From NCBI GenBank assembly GCA_026002915.1, contig BPGG01000001.1:405468-469467 (forward strand): 64,000 nt of DNA, in the 5' to 3' direction. Position 1 is the first letter of the stretch. Every line of letters begins with the position of its first letter. Source of the stretch: Acidimicrobiales bacterium. GTDB lineage: Bacteria > Actinomycetota > Acidimicrobiia > Acidimicrobiales > BPGG01. Below, piece by piece: positions 9,576 through 18,015 of the stretch. The notes under the pieces are model-generated. The model was not told the DNA's origin, ran no database searches, and saw nothing but the letters and a program-made list of their open reading frames with translations. A program made the translations under genes and the position numbers.

Positions 9576-10763
9576 TCAGGACCTGACCAAGACCGCCATG
9601 AACATGGCGTCGCCGCCATACCCGGGCGGTGCCAGCAGCCATCCGCACCCCCAACGCTCCCATCCCTCCACCGGCGAGTCTGCGAGACGGACCTCTCGCC
9701 TGGTACGAAGCAGGTGCTCCACGACCCCGTTGGTCTCCTCTCGGGTGAACGTGCAGACGCTGTAGACGAGACGGCCGCCCCGTCGAACCAGCTCGGCTCC
9801 CGCCTGCAGCAGCTCCTTTTGCAGATCCGCGAGTCGCCGCGGTGCATCGGGATCCAGCCGCCAACGCGCGTCCGGTCGGCGATGCAACACCCCCAGTCCG
9901 CTGCAAGGGGCGTCGACCAGCACCACGTCCGCCGATCCCGGTCGCAACGGTGGGTTCCTTCCGTCTGCGCAGACTACGGAGAGCCCCACGCCACACGCCT
10001 CCGCGTTCGCTGCAATCAAGCGACATCGCCGGGAATGCACGTCGACCGCCACGACCGACGCACCCTCGCCGGCGAGATACGTCGCCTTCCCCCCCGGTGC
10101 CGCGCACAGGTCCACGACCACGTCTCCCTCCCGCACCGCCAGCGACTCGGCGACGCGAAGAGAGGCGGGATCCTGTACATATCCGTCGCTCCGCCGGGTC
10201 GGCTCCACGCCCCGATTCATCGACTCGAGGACGAGCACACCCCTGTCGGCACCGAGATCGTCCGTGGCCTTCTCGTATATCCAGTCCGGATAGGAGAGTC
10301 TGGTCGGCTCGTCCGGCCATTCGACACCGCTCGCGGCCTCTTCGGCGACCCTGCGCAGGACCGCGTTCACGAGCCCCTTGGCCCACCTCGGTGCCACCTC
10401 CACCGTCGTCTCCACCGCAGCATGCGGGTCGACTCCGGCGAAGAGGATCTGATATGCACCGAGACGCAGCGCCAGCAGGGCCCGTGTGGAAGGCGGCTTC
10501 TGCAGGTGACGCGTCACAACCCAGTCACACGCCCGGCGCATTCGGGTCGTCCCGTACACGAGCTCGGTCACGAAACGCCGGTCCTCGGGAGGCAACCCGC
10601 TGTCGTCGAGCATCCGAGGGACGAGGAGGTTCGCGTAGGCACCTCCACGCTCGATCCGATCCAGAGCTCGCAACGCAAGCCGACGAGCCTCCACCCCCCG
10701 CGTGCTCCCGGCGCTCCGCGGCCCCCTCCGTCCGGCCCTCGTTCGAGTCCCCGCTGGTGTCAT
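9576..10763 (-). CDS. rsmB: 16S rRNA (cytosine967-C5)-methyltransferase
   Basis: NusB-like N-domain, SAM motif DLCAAPGGKATYLA, and catalytic motifs VLVDAPCSGLGV and YSVCT. ATG overlaps the fmt stop (ATGA). Confidence 0.9.
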   Translation of the reverse strand: MTPAGTRTRAGRRGPRSAGSTRGVEARRLALRALDRIERGGAYANLLVPRMLDDSGLPPEDRRFVTELVYGTTRMRRACDWVVTRHLQKPPSTRALLALRLGAYQILFAGVDPHAAVETTVEVAPRWAKGLVNAVLRRVAEEAASGVEWPDEPTRLSYPDWIYEKATDDLGADRGVLVLESMNRGVEPTRRSDGYVQDPASLRVAESLAVREGDVVVDLCAAPGGKATYLAGEGASVVAVDVHSRRCRLIAANAEACGVGLSVVCADGRNPPLRPGSADVVLVDAPCSGLGVLHRRPDARWRLDPDAPRRLADLQKELLQAGAELVRRGGRLVYSVCTFTREETNGVVEHLLRTRREVRLADSPVEGWERWGCGWLLAPPGYGGDAMFMAVLVRS

Positions 10764-11659
10764 TCGAAGCGCTCACCTCGCATGGGGCGAGCACCCCTGA
10801 CCCAGTCTTCTGCCCTGACTTCCCTTCGACCCTCCTCCTTGACGCGCACCAGCCGGACGGGGACGTCACCGGTTCCCACGAACACCTCCGACAGCTCTCC
10901 GGGTTCGAGCGAGGTCGATCCTTCCCGACACCCGGCGACCTCGACCAGCTTCAACCTGCGACCGCGCCAGGTCGTCCAAGCACCCCCGACACGCACCTTC
11001 CTGACGATCATCTCGGAGGGTTCCCGCCAATCGACACGCAGATCGTCGGGCTCGAGCCGAGGTGCGTACGTCGCTTCACCGACCTGCGGTCTCGGCTCCC
11101 CGAAACCGACCCTGAGAGCCCGGTCCAACAACTCGAGACCGAGGTCGGTGAGCCGTTCGGTGAGCGTCTCGGTGGTGTCACGTTCGCCGATGGGCACCGT
11201 TGCGCAGTCGTAGATCCCTCCTTCGTCCAGTCCCTCGGTGATCTGCATGAGGCACACGCCGGTGATCGAATCACCCGCAAGGATCGCGTGTTGCACGGGC
11301 GCCGCGCCCCGCCAGCGTGGCAGGAGCGAATAGTGCAGGTTCACGAAGGGAATCCGCTTCAATACATCCGGCTTCAGGATCTCTCCGTAGGCCACCACGA
11401 CGCCGAGGTCGCACCCCTCGTCTACGGCTTCTCGCACCGAGTGCACCACCTTCAAGCCGGCTTCCCGGGCGAACTCCCCCACCGGCGTGGGGACGGGCCG
11501 CCCTCCCCGTGACCTCCTCTTGTCGGGCCTGGTCACAACGATGCGCACCGGATGTCCGCACCGTACCAACCCTCTGAGCACGACGGCCGCGTGTGCAGGG
11601 CTTCCGCAGAAGGCGATGGCTCGGACGGGGACTCGCGGAAGGGGGAGTTCCGGGCTCAG
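10760..11659 (-). CDS. fmt: methionyl-tRNA formyltransferase (start probably upstream of the track ORF; candidate CTG at 11659)
   Basis: Sequence VTRPDKRRSRGGRPVPTPV...NLHYSLLPRWRGAAPVQHAIL. The track ORF starts at GTG 11581, but the frame upstream reads VRAIAFCGSPAHAAVV, the conserved beta1/alpha1 element (compare RIIFAGTPDFA). Confidence 0.88.
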   Translation of the reverse strand: MSPELPLPRVPVRAIAFCGSPAHAAVVLRGLVRCGHPVRIVVTRPDKRRSRGGRPVPTPVGEFAREAGLKVVHSVREAVDEGCDLGVVVAYGEILKPDVLKRIPFVNLHYSLLPRWRGAAPVQHAILAGDSITGVCLMQITEGLDEGGIYDCATVPIGERDTTETLTERLTDLGLELLDRALRVGFGEPRPQVGEATYAPRLEPDDLRVDWREPSEMIVRKVRVGGAWTTWRGRRLKLVEVAGCREGSTSLEPGELSEVFVGTGDVPVRLVRVKEEGRREVRAEDWVRGARPMRGERFE

Positions 11660-12189
11660 AGGCGACGCCCTCGCGAGACGGCTGAGTCGCGACCCGCAGC
11701 CTGCAGCCCGCCGGTGAGCTCGAGTTCGCGGATCCTGCGCATGGCTGCCTTTCTCTCCTCCTCTTCGAGCCGGTCGAGCAGCAGGACCCCGTCGAGGTGG
11801 TCTATCTCGTGTTGGAAGACGCGGGCCAGAAGGTCGTCGGCCTCGATGTCGACCTCCCTCCCCTGAGCATCCCAGCCGCGTAGATGCACACGTCTAGGAC
11901 GTACGATCTCGAAGGACAGCCCCGGCACCGATAGGCACCCCTCTTCGTAGGTCCATTCGCCGTCGCTCTCGACGATCTCCGGGTTCACCACGGCTGCGGG
12001 ACCCTCCCCGACGTCGTATACGAAGATCCTCTTGCGAACACCGACCTGGGGCGCTGCCAGCCCGACACCCGGGGCCTCGTACATGACCTCCAGCATGCGA
12101 TCGCAGAGAGCGGCCACCTTGCCGTCGATCTCTTCGACCTCCGTCGCGCGTTGACGCAGGACCGGATCACCGAGAATGCGAATCGACAT
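11656..12189 (-). CDS. def: peptide deformylase
   Basis: N-terminus MSIRILGDPVLRQ... with motifs GVGLAAPQVG, EGCLSVPG and QHEIDHLDG. ATG at 12189. The longer track ORF extends into priA. Confidence 0.95.
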   Translation of the reverse strand: MSIRILGDPVLRQRATEVEEIDGKVAALCDRMLEVMYEAPGVGLAAPQVGVRKRIFVYDVGEGPAAVVNPEIVESDGEWTYEEGCLSVPGLSFEIVRPRRVHLRGWDAQGREVDIEADDLLARVFQHEIDHLDGVLLLDRLEEEERKAAMRRIRELELTGGLQAAGRDSAVSRGRRL

Positions 12190-12211
12190 CGACGCCGTCA
12201 CGAATGCCACC

Positions 12212-14044
12212 CTAGCGGCGCCCCTTCTGGAAACGAAGCGGGTCGACCGCGATCCGAACTCGCCTGCGGGGCCGGGAGATGCTCTCGAGGGCGTCGCAGA
12301 GCTGGTCGACCGTGACCGCCTTGACGAGCCAGCGCCCGCCTCTGGGCCCCAGGATCTCGACCGTCTCGAGCTCGGCCAACTGGGCCACCACGTCGGGGGC
12401 GCCCGGACCGGACACCTCCGCGACCGCTCGCACGGGTGGGAGTCCCATTGCCTCACGTGTGCGAATCTCCGCGTCGGACACGAGGGAAGGATCGCTGGTC
12501 AGAGCCGCCTGGATCACGGGATGGTCTGGCATGTTCGTCTGAACGACCATGCGACCTCGCAGCTTCCGCCCACCCACCATCCGCGCCGCCCTGGCAAGGA
12601 GCACCATCGCCTCCTCGGAAGCCCTGTACCTGGGTGCGAGCAGTTCTGCATCGAAGTCCGGGAAGACCACCAAGGCACCCGGGAGCGCGTTTCTGAGAAC
12701 CGCCTCCGTACCCACCGTAACGCGAGCGCTTGGTGGAGAATCGCACCCCTCCGCTACGTGCGAGGCGGCGCCGTGTACCTCGAACTCTGCGACCTCTTCG
12801 CCGAGGATCTTCTCCAGCTCCTCCTTCACCCTCGTGACGCCCGGACGGTAGAGCCGCAGCGCCGTCGAGCCGCAACGGTGGCAGACGGGGGGCCTGGTGT
12901 CGTCTCCCTCTTCGCAGACCAGCCGCTCTTCGGCATCGAGCCACATCGGCGCGCCGCAGAGGTGACAGACGACCACCCCTCCACATGAGGCGCAGACGAC
13001 TCGCCGGGCTCTTCCGCGTCTGTTCACCACACACACCACCGCCTCGGCCGAGCGCATCATCCGGAGCGTCTCGGGGGACCACAGGCCGGTCCTAGCAAGG
13101 TCCTCGCGTCTGCGGTCGACCACCTCCACGTCGGGCCAACCCTCATGTTCCCGCTCGCGCGGCGGTCGCACGAGCTTCGCCGCGGAGAAGGCCCACAGGG
13201 ACGGAACCGGCGATGCGACCATCAGCGGGATCCGAAGCCGCACACACCGTTCGAGGAGTACTTCGCGGGCGTGCCAGGTGGGAGCCTGCTCCTGTTGGAG
13301 TGCCTCGTCGTGCTCGTCCCACACGATGCAGGCAGCCGGCCGGTGCAGCCTCGCCCAGGCCGCCGCCCTCGTCCCCAGCACTATAGGAGCACCCGAGGCG
13401 GCCTCCGCCCAACCATCGGGCCAGGTCACGGCATCCCATCCCCACCGCCTGAGATCTCGGTGCACCCGATGCACATCCCGCTTCTCCGGGAGAACGGCGA
13501 GCACTTGTGCCGCCGCATCCTCGTCGCCTGATGCACAGCACACGGCCCTCGCCACGGTCGCGACGAGACTCGCGGCCTGCTCGTCCGGAGGCACCCTGAA
13601 CACGCTCACACCGCCTCGACGGACAGACTCCCCCACGCCGGTCTCCAGCCAGCGCTCTGCCGAGGCGGATCCGAGCTTCCACGCGGTCTCACGGAAGATG
13701 CGTCGGACCGCCCGCTCGGGGGTTGCCGTTCGGAGGAAGTGTGGCCTCGTCCCTGCCCACCGCCAGGCCGCCCACCGGGCCAGCTCCACCAACGAGGAGT
13801 CGGGCCCGAGGGTCCCGACCTTGCGGACTCTCTCCAGCTCGACACCCTCTGGTGGCGTCGTGTCCAGCGCGGTCACCCAGCCACGAACCGTCCGTCGCGC
13901 AAGTGGAACCCTCACCACTCGCCCGACCTCCACTTCCGCCGCCCCGGGAGTCGCGTCGGCCAACAGGTAGTCGAACTCACGGTCGACGGCCGGGAGGTCG
14001 GGCAGGACGCGGACCACCCTCCCGGGTAGAGACGTCTCGTTCAC
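12212..14044 (-). CDS. priA: primosomal protein N' (PriA), Walker-A-less actinobacterial type
   Basis: N-terminal sequence VVRVPLARRTVRGWV, motif-II-like VWDEHDEALQQ, and Cys4 zinc region CASCGGVVVCHLCG...CHRCGS. GTG 14044 is chosen because the track ORF start at 14455 lies inside metK. Confidence 0.85.
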   Translation of the reverse strand: MNETSLPGRVVRVLPDLPAVDREFDYLLADATPGAAEVEVGRVVRVPLARRTVRGWVTALDTTPPEGVELERVRKVGTLGPDSSLVELARWAAWRWAGTRPHFLRTATPERAVRRIFRETAWKLGSASAERWLETGVGESVRRGGVSVFRVPPDEQAASLVATVARAVCCASGDEDAAAQVLAVLPEKRDVHRVHRDLRRWGWDAVTWPDGWAEAASGAPIVLGTRAAAWARLHRPAACIVWDEHDEALQQEQAPTWHAREVLLERCVRLRIPLMVASPVPSLWAFSAAKLVRPPREREHEGWPDVEVVDRRREDLARTGLWSPETLRMMRSAEAVVCVVNRRGRARRVVCASCGGVVVCHLCGAPMWLDAEERLVCEEGDDTRPPVCHRCGSTALRLYRPGVTRVKEELEKILGEEVAEFEVHGAASHVAEGCDSPPSARVTVGTEAVLRNALPGALVVFPDFDAELLAPRYRASEEAMVLLARAARMVGGRKLRGRMVVQTNMPDHPVIQAALTSDPSLVSDAEIRTREAMGLPPVRAVAEVSGPGAPDVVAQLAELETVEILGPRGGRWLVKAVTVDQLCDALESISRPRRRVRIAVDPLRFQKGRR

Positions 14045-14090
14045 GTCTTCGCTTCGGCCTGCGACACGCGGCGTCGGCCGCGTCCCAACT

Positions 14091-14115
14091 TCGGGTTCCC
14101 CTATCGGGTTCCCCT
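14091..14115. repeat. perfect 12-nt direct repeat tcgggttcccct, two copies 1 nt apart, in the metK-priA spacer
   Basis: Read directly: copies at 14091-14102 and 14104-14115 (AGGGGAACCCGA on the transcribed strand). Confidence 0.85.
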
Positions 14116-14130
14116 GTAGGAGTCCTACGG

Positions 14131-15318
14131 CTAGGCGAGTCCCACGGCCGACTTGAATTCGTCCAGCCGGCTCAACTGCTCCCAGGTGAAGTTCTCCTCG
14201 CTCTCCCGGCCGAAATGGCCGTATGCGGCCGTCTTCTTGAAGATCGGTCGGCGGAGATCCAGGTCGCGGATGATGGCTGCGGGCCTCAGGTCGAATATCT
14301 CCCGTACGGCCTTCTCTATGAGAGCCGGATCGACGGTCTCGGTGCCGAATGTCTCCACCATGATCGACACCGGATGGGCCACACCTATGGCGTAAGCCAC
14401 CTGCACCTCCGCTCGCCGTGCGGCACCGGAGGCGACGATGTGCTTGGCCACCCAACGAGCAGCGTACGCACCGGACCGATCCACCTTCGTCGGGTCCTTC
14501 CCGCTGAACGCACCGCCACCGTGCCTCGCCATCCCACCGTAGGTGTCTACGATAATCTTCCTGCCGGTGAGGCCCGCGTCGGCCACAGGCCCGCCGATGA
14601 CGAAGCGGCCGGTGGGGTTCACCAGGACGTCGTATCCGTCGTCCTTGAACTGCTCTGGTATCACCGGCTCGATCACGTGCTCGATCAGGTCCGGGCGGAT
14701 CTCCTCGTCACGATTTATGCCGTCGTGGTGCTGGCAGGAGATCAGCACCTTCTTCAGCGCCACGGGCTTCCCGTCTTCGTATTCGAGCGTCACCTGCGTC
14801 TTGCCGTCCGGCCGCAGGTACGGGATCGCTCCCGAACGACGTACTTCGGCCAGACGTTCTGCGAGGCGGTGCGCCAAGTGGATCGGCAGGGGCATGAGGA
14901 CGTCCGTCTCGTCGCAGGCGAAACCGAACATCATGCCCTGGTCTCCGGCGCCGAGGCTGTCGAGGTCTTCCTCGGAGCCCTCTCCTGGCTTCTTGACGAC
15001 GCCCTTTGCAATATCGGGAGACTGCTCGTCGATGGCCACCAGCACGCCGCAGGTCGTGCCGTCGTAGCCGTAAGACTCACGGTCGTAGCCGATCTCGCAG
15101 ATCGTGTTGCGCACGACCGACGGGATGTCGACGTACCCCTCGGTCGTGATCTCCCCCGCGACTATCGCCAACCCGGTGGTCACCAGGGTCTCGCAGGCCA
15201 CCCGGCTGAAGGGGTCTTGCTCCAACATGGCGTCGAGGATCGCGTCGGATATCTGGTCGGCCATCTTGTCGGGATGACCCTCGGTGACCGACTCGGATGT
15301 GAACGTGTACCTGCTCAC
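14131..15318 (-). CDS. metK: S-adenosylmethionine synthetase
   Basis: Sequence [25 protein letters not shown]...[10 protein letters not shown]...[19 protein letters not shown] overlaps the coaBC stop (GTGA). Confidence 0.97.
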   Translation of the reverse strand: MSRYTFTSESVTEGHPDKMADQISDAILDAMLEQDPFSRVACETLVTTGLAIVAGEITTEGYVDIPSVVRNTICEIGYDRESYGYDGTTCGVLVAIDEQSPDIAKGVVKKPGEGSEEDLDSLGAGDQGMMFGFACDETDVLMPLPIHLAHRLAERLAEVRRSGAIPYLRPDGKTQVTLEYEDGKPVALKKVLISCQHHDGINRDEEIRPDLIEHVIEPVIPEQFKDDGYDVLVNPTGRFVIGGPVADAGLTGRKIIVDTYGGMARHGGGAFSGKDPTKVDRSGAYAARWVAKHIVASGAARRAEVQVAYAIGVAHPVSIMVETFGTETVDPALIEKAVREIFDLRPAAIIRDLDLRRPIFKKTAAYGHFGRESEENFTWEQLSRLDEFKSAVGLA

Positions 15319-16589
15319 GTCCCACTACCTCCAGACGAATCAGATGCGCCCATGCCATCACCCATCAGGCGCTCGATCTCCTCCATGACGGCGACGGCCA
15401 CCTCGCGCTTCGAGCGGAGTGACACCCTGCGATCCGCCCCGTCCCTGCACAAGATAGTCACCTCGTTGGTGTCGTGCCCGAACCCTACGCCCGGCTTCGA
15501 GACGTCGTTAGCGACGATGAGGTCGAGTCCCTTCGAGACCATCTTCGCCTTGGCATTGGCGAGGAGGTTCTCAGTCTCGGCGGCGAAGCCGACGACGATC
15601 TGACCCTCACGCCGATTGTTCCCGAGGTCCACGAGGAAGTCGTATGTGGGCTCGAGCTCTATCGCCGTCGGCCGCTCTTCCTTCTTCAGCTTCCGATCCG
15701 CAGGTCTGGCGGGCCGGAAATCTGCGACCGCCGCGGCCATCACTATGACGTCGGCTCTCTCTGCACGGGACATCACCGCCTGCTGCATGTCGGCTGCCGT
15801 CTCCACATGCACCACCTCGGCCAGACCCGGCGGCACTGCAGCATCAGATGTCGTGACCAGGATCGTCTCTGCACCGAGCACGGCCGCCGCCTCCGCCAAC
15901 GCGTGACCTTGCTTGCCAGAGGACCGGTTCGTGATGACACGCACCGGATCGATCGGCTCCCGGGTGCCACCCGCGGTAACGATCACCGTCTTCGACTTCC
16001 AGGGTCGTCCACGCACCGTGCGCGCTATCGCGAACACGACCTCCTCGGGTTCCACCAGTCGACCCACGCCCGCGTCCCCGCCGGCGAGTCTCCCCTCGGC
16101 GGGGCCGACTATCTCGATGCCCCAGGAGCGGAGCCTCGCCACGTTCTCCTGCGTAGCAGGGTGGCACCACATCTCTTCGTGCATCGCCGGGAACAGGACG
16201 ACGGGAGCACGAGTCGCCAGCAGTGTCGCGCTGACGAGATCGTCGGCCCGCCCCGTCGCCATGGATGAGATGATCCGAGCAGTCGCGGGACAGACGGCCA
16301 CCACGTCTGCCGCCTTGGCGAGGCGTGTGTGCGCCAGGGGATCAGACGGGTCGAACAGGTCCCGTCGGACGGGCTCGGAGGCGAGAGACGACAGGGTCAC
16401 CTCGCCCACGAACCGGGTCGCCGCATCGGTCATCAACGGCACCACGTGAGCGCCGGCGTCGACCAGGCGTCTGCACACCTCGACCGCCTTGTAGGCGGCG
16501 ATGCCCCCGCACACTGCCAAGACCACCCGCTTCCCCCCCATGCCCAAGAGGGGGTCTGCGCGGACATACGCCTCTTCGCCCGTGTTCAC
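15315..16589 (-). CDS. coaBC: bifunctional phosphopantothenoylcysteine decarboxylase / phosphopantothenate-cysteine ligase
   Basis: Flavoprotein N-domain [21 protein letters not shown]...PATA, followed by the CoaB domain [22 protein letters not shown]. Confidence 0.95.
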   Translation of the reverse strand: MNTGEEAYVRADPLLGMGGKRVVLAVCGGIAAYKAVEVCRRLVDAGAHVVPLMTDAATRFVGEVTLSSLASEPVRRDLFDPSDPLAHTRLAKAADVVAVCPATARIISSMATGRADDLVSATLLATRAPVVLFPAMHEEMWCHPATQENVARLRSWGIEIVGPAEGRLAGGDAGVGRLVEPEEVVFAIARTVRGRPWKSKTVIVTAGGTREPIDPVRVITNRSSGKQGHALAEAAAVLGAETILVTTSDAAVPPGLAEVVHVETAADMQQAVMSRAERADVIVMAAAVADFRPARPADRKLKKEERPTAIELEPTYDFLVDLGNNRREGQIVVGFAAETENLLANAKAKMVSKGLDLIVANDVSKPGVGFGHDTNEVTILCRDGADRRVSLRSKREVAVAVMEEIERLMGDGMGASDSSGGSGT

Positions 16590-16610
16590 GTCACCGAGCG
16601 GCTACGCGGC

Positions 16611-16868
16611 TCAGTCGGAAGAGGCACCGTCGCCCCGGCCCGAGTCGTCCCGGGGGACGATCTTCCCGGCCGCGATTTCCTCCATCGCAATGGACAGTGG
16701 CTTCCCGGCCGTGGTGGTGACCTGCGGCGGTATCGATGCCCCCAGCCCTTCACCCAGCTGCGAGAAATAGTCGTTGATGGACCGCGCCCTCTTGGCTGCC
16801 AATATCACCAGGCCAAACCTCGACCCCGCCATTTCGACCAACGTCTCGATCGGCGGGTAGATCATCAT
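16611..16868 (-). CDS. rpoZ: DNA-directed RNA polymerase subunit omega
   Basis: Sequence MMIYPPIETLVEMAGSRFGLVILAAKRARSINDYFSQLGEG. An alternative longer start at GTG 16958 (track ORF) cannot be excluded. Confidence 0.85.
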   Translation of the reverse strand: MMIYPPIETLVEMAGSRFGLVILAAKRARSINDYFSQLGEGLGASIPPQVTTTAGKPLSIAMEEIAAGKIVPRDDSGRGDGASSD

Positions 16869-17036
16869 GTCGGGACGCTCGCTCACCGTGCCGATGCTAC
16901 CCGCTCCCGGGCGACCCCAGACAACGCCGACGACGCGACCGGATCGCACGTGACGCACTCCTGCCGCCTCGGGTCGCCGCGTACCACTTCGGTGAGCCCT
17001 GCCCCTGTCCGGATCCGAAACGTCCTCTGCGGACCG

Positions 17037-17603
17037 TCACCGGCGCCCCTGGTGCGACCTCCTTTGGTCCACCAGTTTCAGGATCTCCCTCGCACAGCGT
17101 TCGACGTCGTCGTTCACCACCATGTGCATTCCCAGCTCTCTGGCAGCCGCCAGCTCTCGGTCGGCCTGCCGGAGGCGTTTCTCGATCGACTCCGGATCGT
17201 CCCCACGTCCCTCGAGTCGCCTGCGCTGCTCGTCCCGTGAAGGGGCGTCGACGAATACGAGGAGTGCGTCGGGGCGCAGCGAGTGCACCTGGCGAGCACC
17301 TTGGACGTCGATCTCCAGAAGTACGTCGTGACCCGAGGGAGGATCGGGCAGCGGAGTGCCGTACAGGTGCCCGAGATACTCCGCCCATTCGAGGAAGCGG
17401 CCTCGGCTTATCGCGTCCTCGAACTCGGCACGGTCCACGAACACGTACGCATCCGGCGGCTCTCCCGGCCTCCTCGGCCGCGTCGTCCAAGAGCGCGACA
17501 ACCAGATGTGAGGATCCATGCTCACCAAGCGCCGTACGACGGTCCCCTTTCCTACGCCACCTGGCCCGGAGACCACGATGACCAGGGGCCGGCTCTCGCT
17601 CAG
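17037..17603 (-). CDS. gmk: guanylate kinase (start probably upstream of the track ORF; candidate CTG at 17603)
   Basis: Sequence SGPGGVGKGT...SWTTRPRRPGE...Y.FV... The track ORF begins at GTG 17576 inside the strand-P-loop unit, and the frame upstream reads LSESRPLVIV. Confidence 0.88.
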   Translation of the reverse strand: MSESRPLVIVVSGPGGVGKGTVVRRLVSMDPHIWLSRSWTTRPRRPGEPPDAYVFVDRAEFEDAISRGRFLEWAEYLGHLYGTPLPDPPSGHDVLLEIDVQGARQVHSLRPDALLVFVDAPSRDEQRRRLEGRGDDPESIEKRLRQADRELAAARELGMHMVVNDDVERCAREILKLVDQRRSHQGRR

Positions 17604-17920
17604 GGCCGTCCGAACCGTTCCAACAGCGCTCGGCGCTGTTGGTCCCCGAGACCCTTGAGCCTGCGAGACTCGGCTATGCCGACCTCTTCCATCGCCCTTC
17701 GCGCAGATACCTTTCCCACGCCCGGAAGCGACTCGAGGAGCGCGACGACCTTCGTACGAGCAACGACCTCGTCGCTCTCTGCCAGCCGGAAGACGTCCTC
17801 GAGGGAGAGAGCACCGAGCTTCACCTTCTCCTTGAGCTCGGCCCTGCGCCGGCGCGCCTCTGCGGCCTTTGCCAGAGCCTGCGACCTCTGCTCGTCACTG
17901 AGCCGTGGGGGGTTCGTCAT
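17600..17920 (-). CDS. mihF: actinobacterial integration host factor
   Basis: MTNPPRLSDEQRSQALAKAAEARRRRAELKEKVK...LLESLPGVGKVSARRAMEE...RRLKGLGDQQRRALLERFG matches the mIHF pattern. ATG at 17920. Confidence 0.85.
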   Translation of the reverse strand: MTNPPRLSDEQRSQALAKAAEARRRRAELKEKVKLGALSLEDVFRLAESDEVVARTKVVALLESLPGVGKVSARRAMEEVGIAESRRLKGLGDQQRRALLERFGRP

Positions 17921-18015
17921 GCACCGCACCCTACACGGCGGCACGCATCAGTCGCCTTGCCGCTCCCATTACCGGTCGCTCGAACATCCCCGACCTGCCC
18001 CAGAGGACGAGACCG

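Noticed and set aside
12212-14455. Long N-terminal extensions in the ORF track for priA. The same issue affects 9025..10386 (mog), 31189..32373 (aroK), 36975..38060 (ruvX), 50615..52240 (queA), 53453..54352 (ruvC), 57437..58627 (pdxS), 46344..47660 (secF) and 47456..49345 (secD).
   Set aside because: The extensions overlap the upstream conserved gene, lack homology and are low-complexity. Internal ATG/GTG starts at the stop of the upstream gene fit both homology and the coupling pattern.
15315-15330. A SAM riboswitch upstream of metK.
   Set aside because: The metK start overlaps the coaBC stop (GTGA), so there is no leader at all.
13723-15603. A 626-aa plus-strand ORF, and similar giants at 523..1770, 4413..5867, 7160..8590, 9714..11213, 9842..11512, 28523..30238, 44922..46790 and 61058..62986.
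   Set aside because: All lie antisense to, or out of frame with, strongly conserved genes. They are Arg/Pro/Gly/Ser-rich with no recognisable motifs. This is the usual shadow-ORF behaviour of GC-rich DNA.
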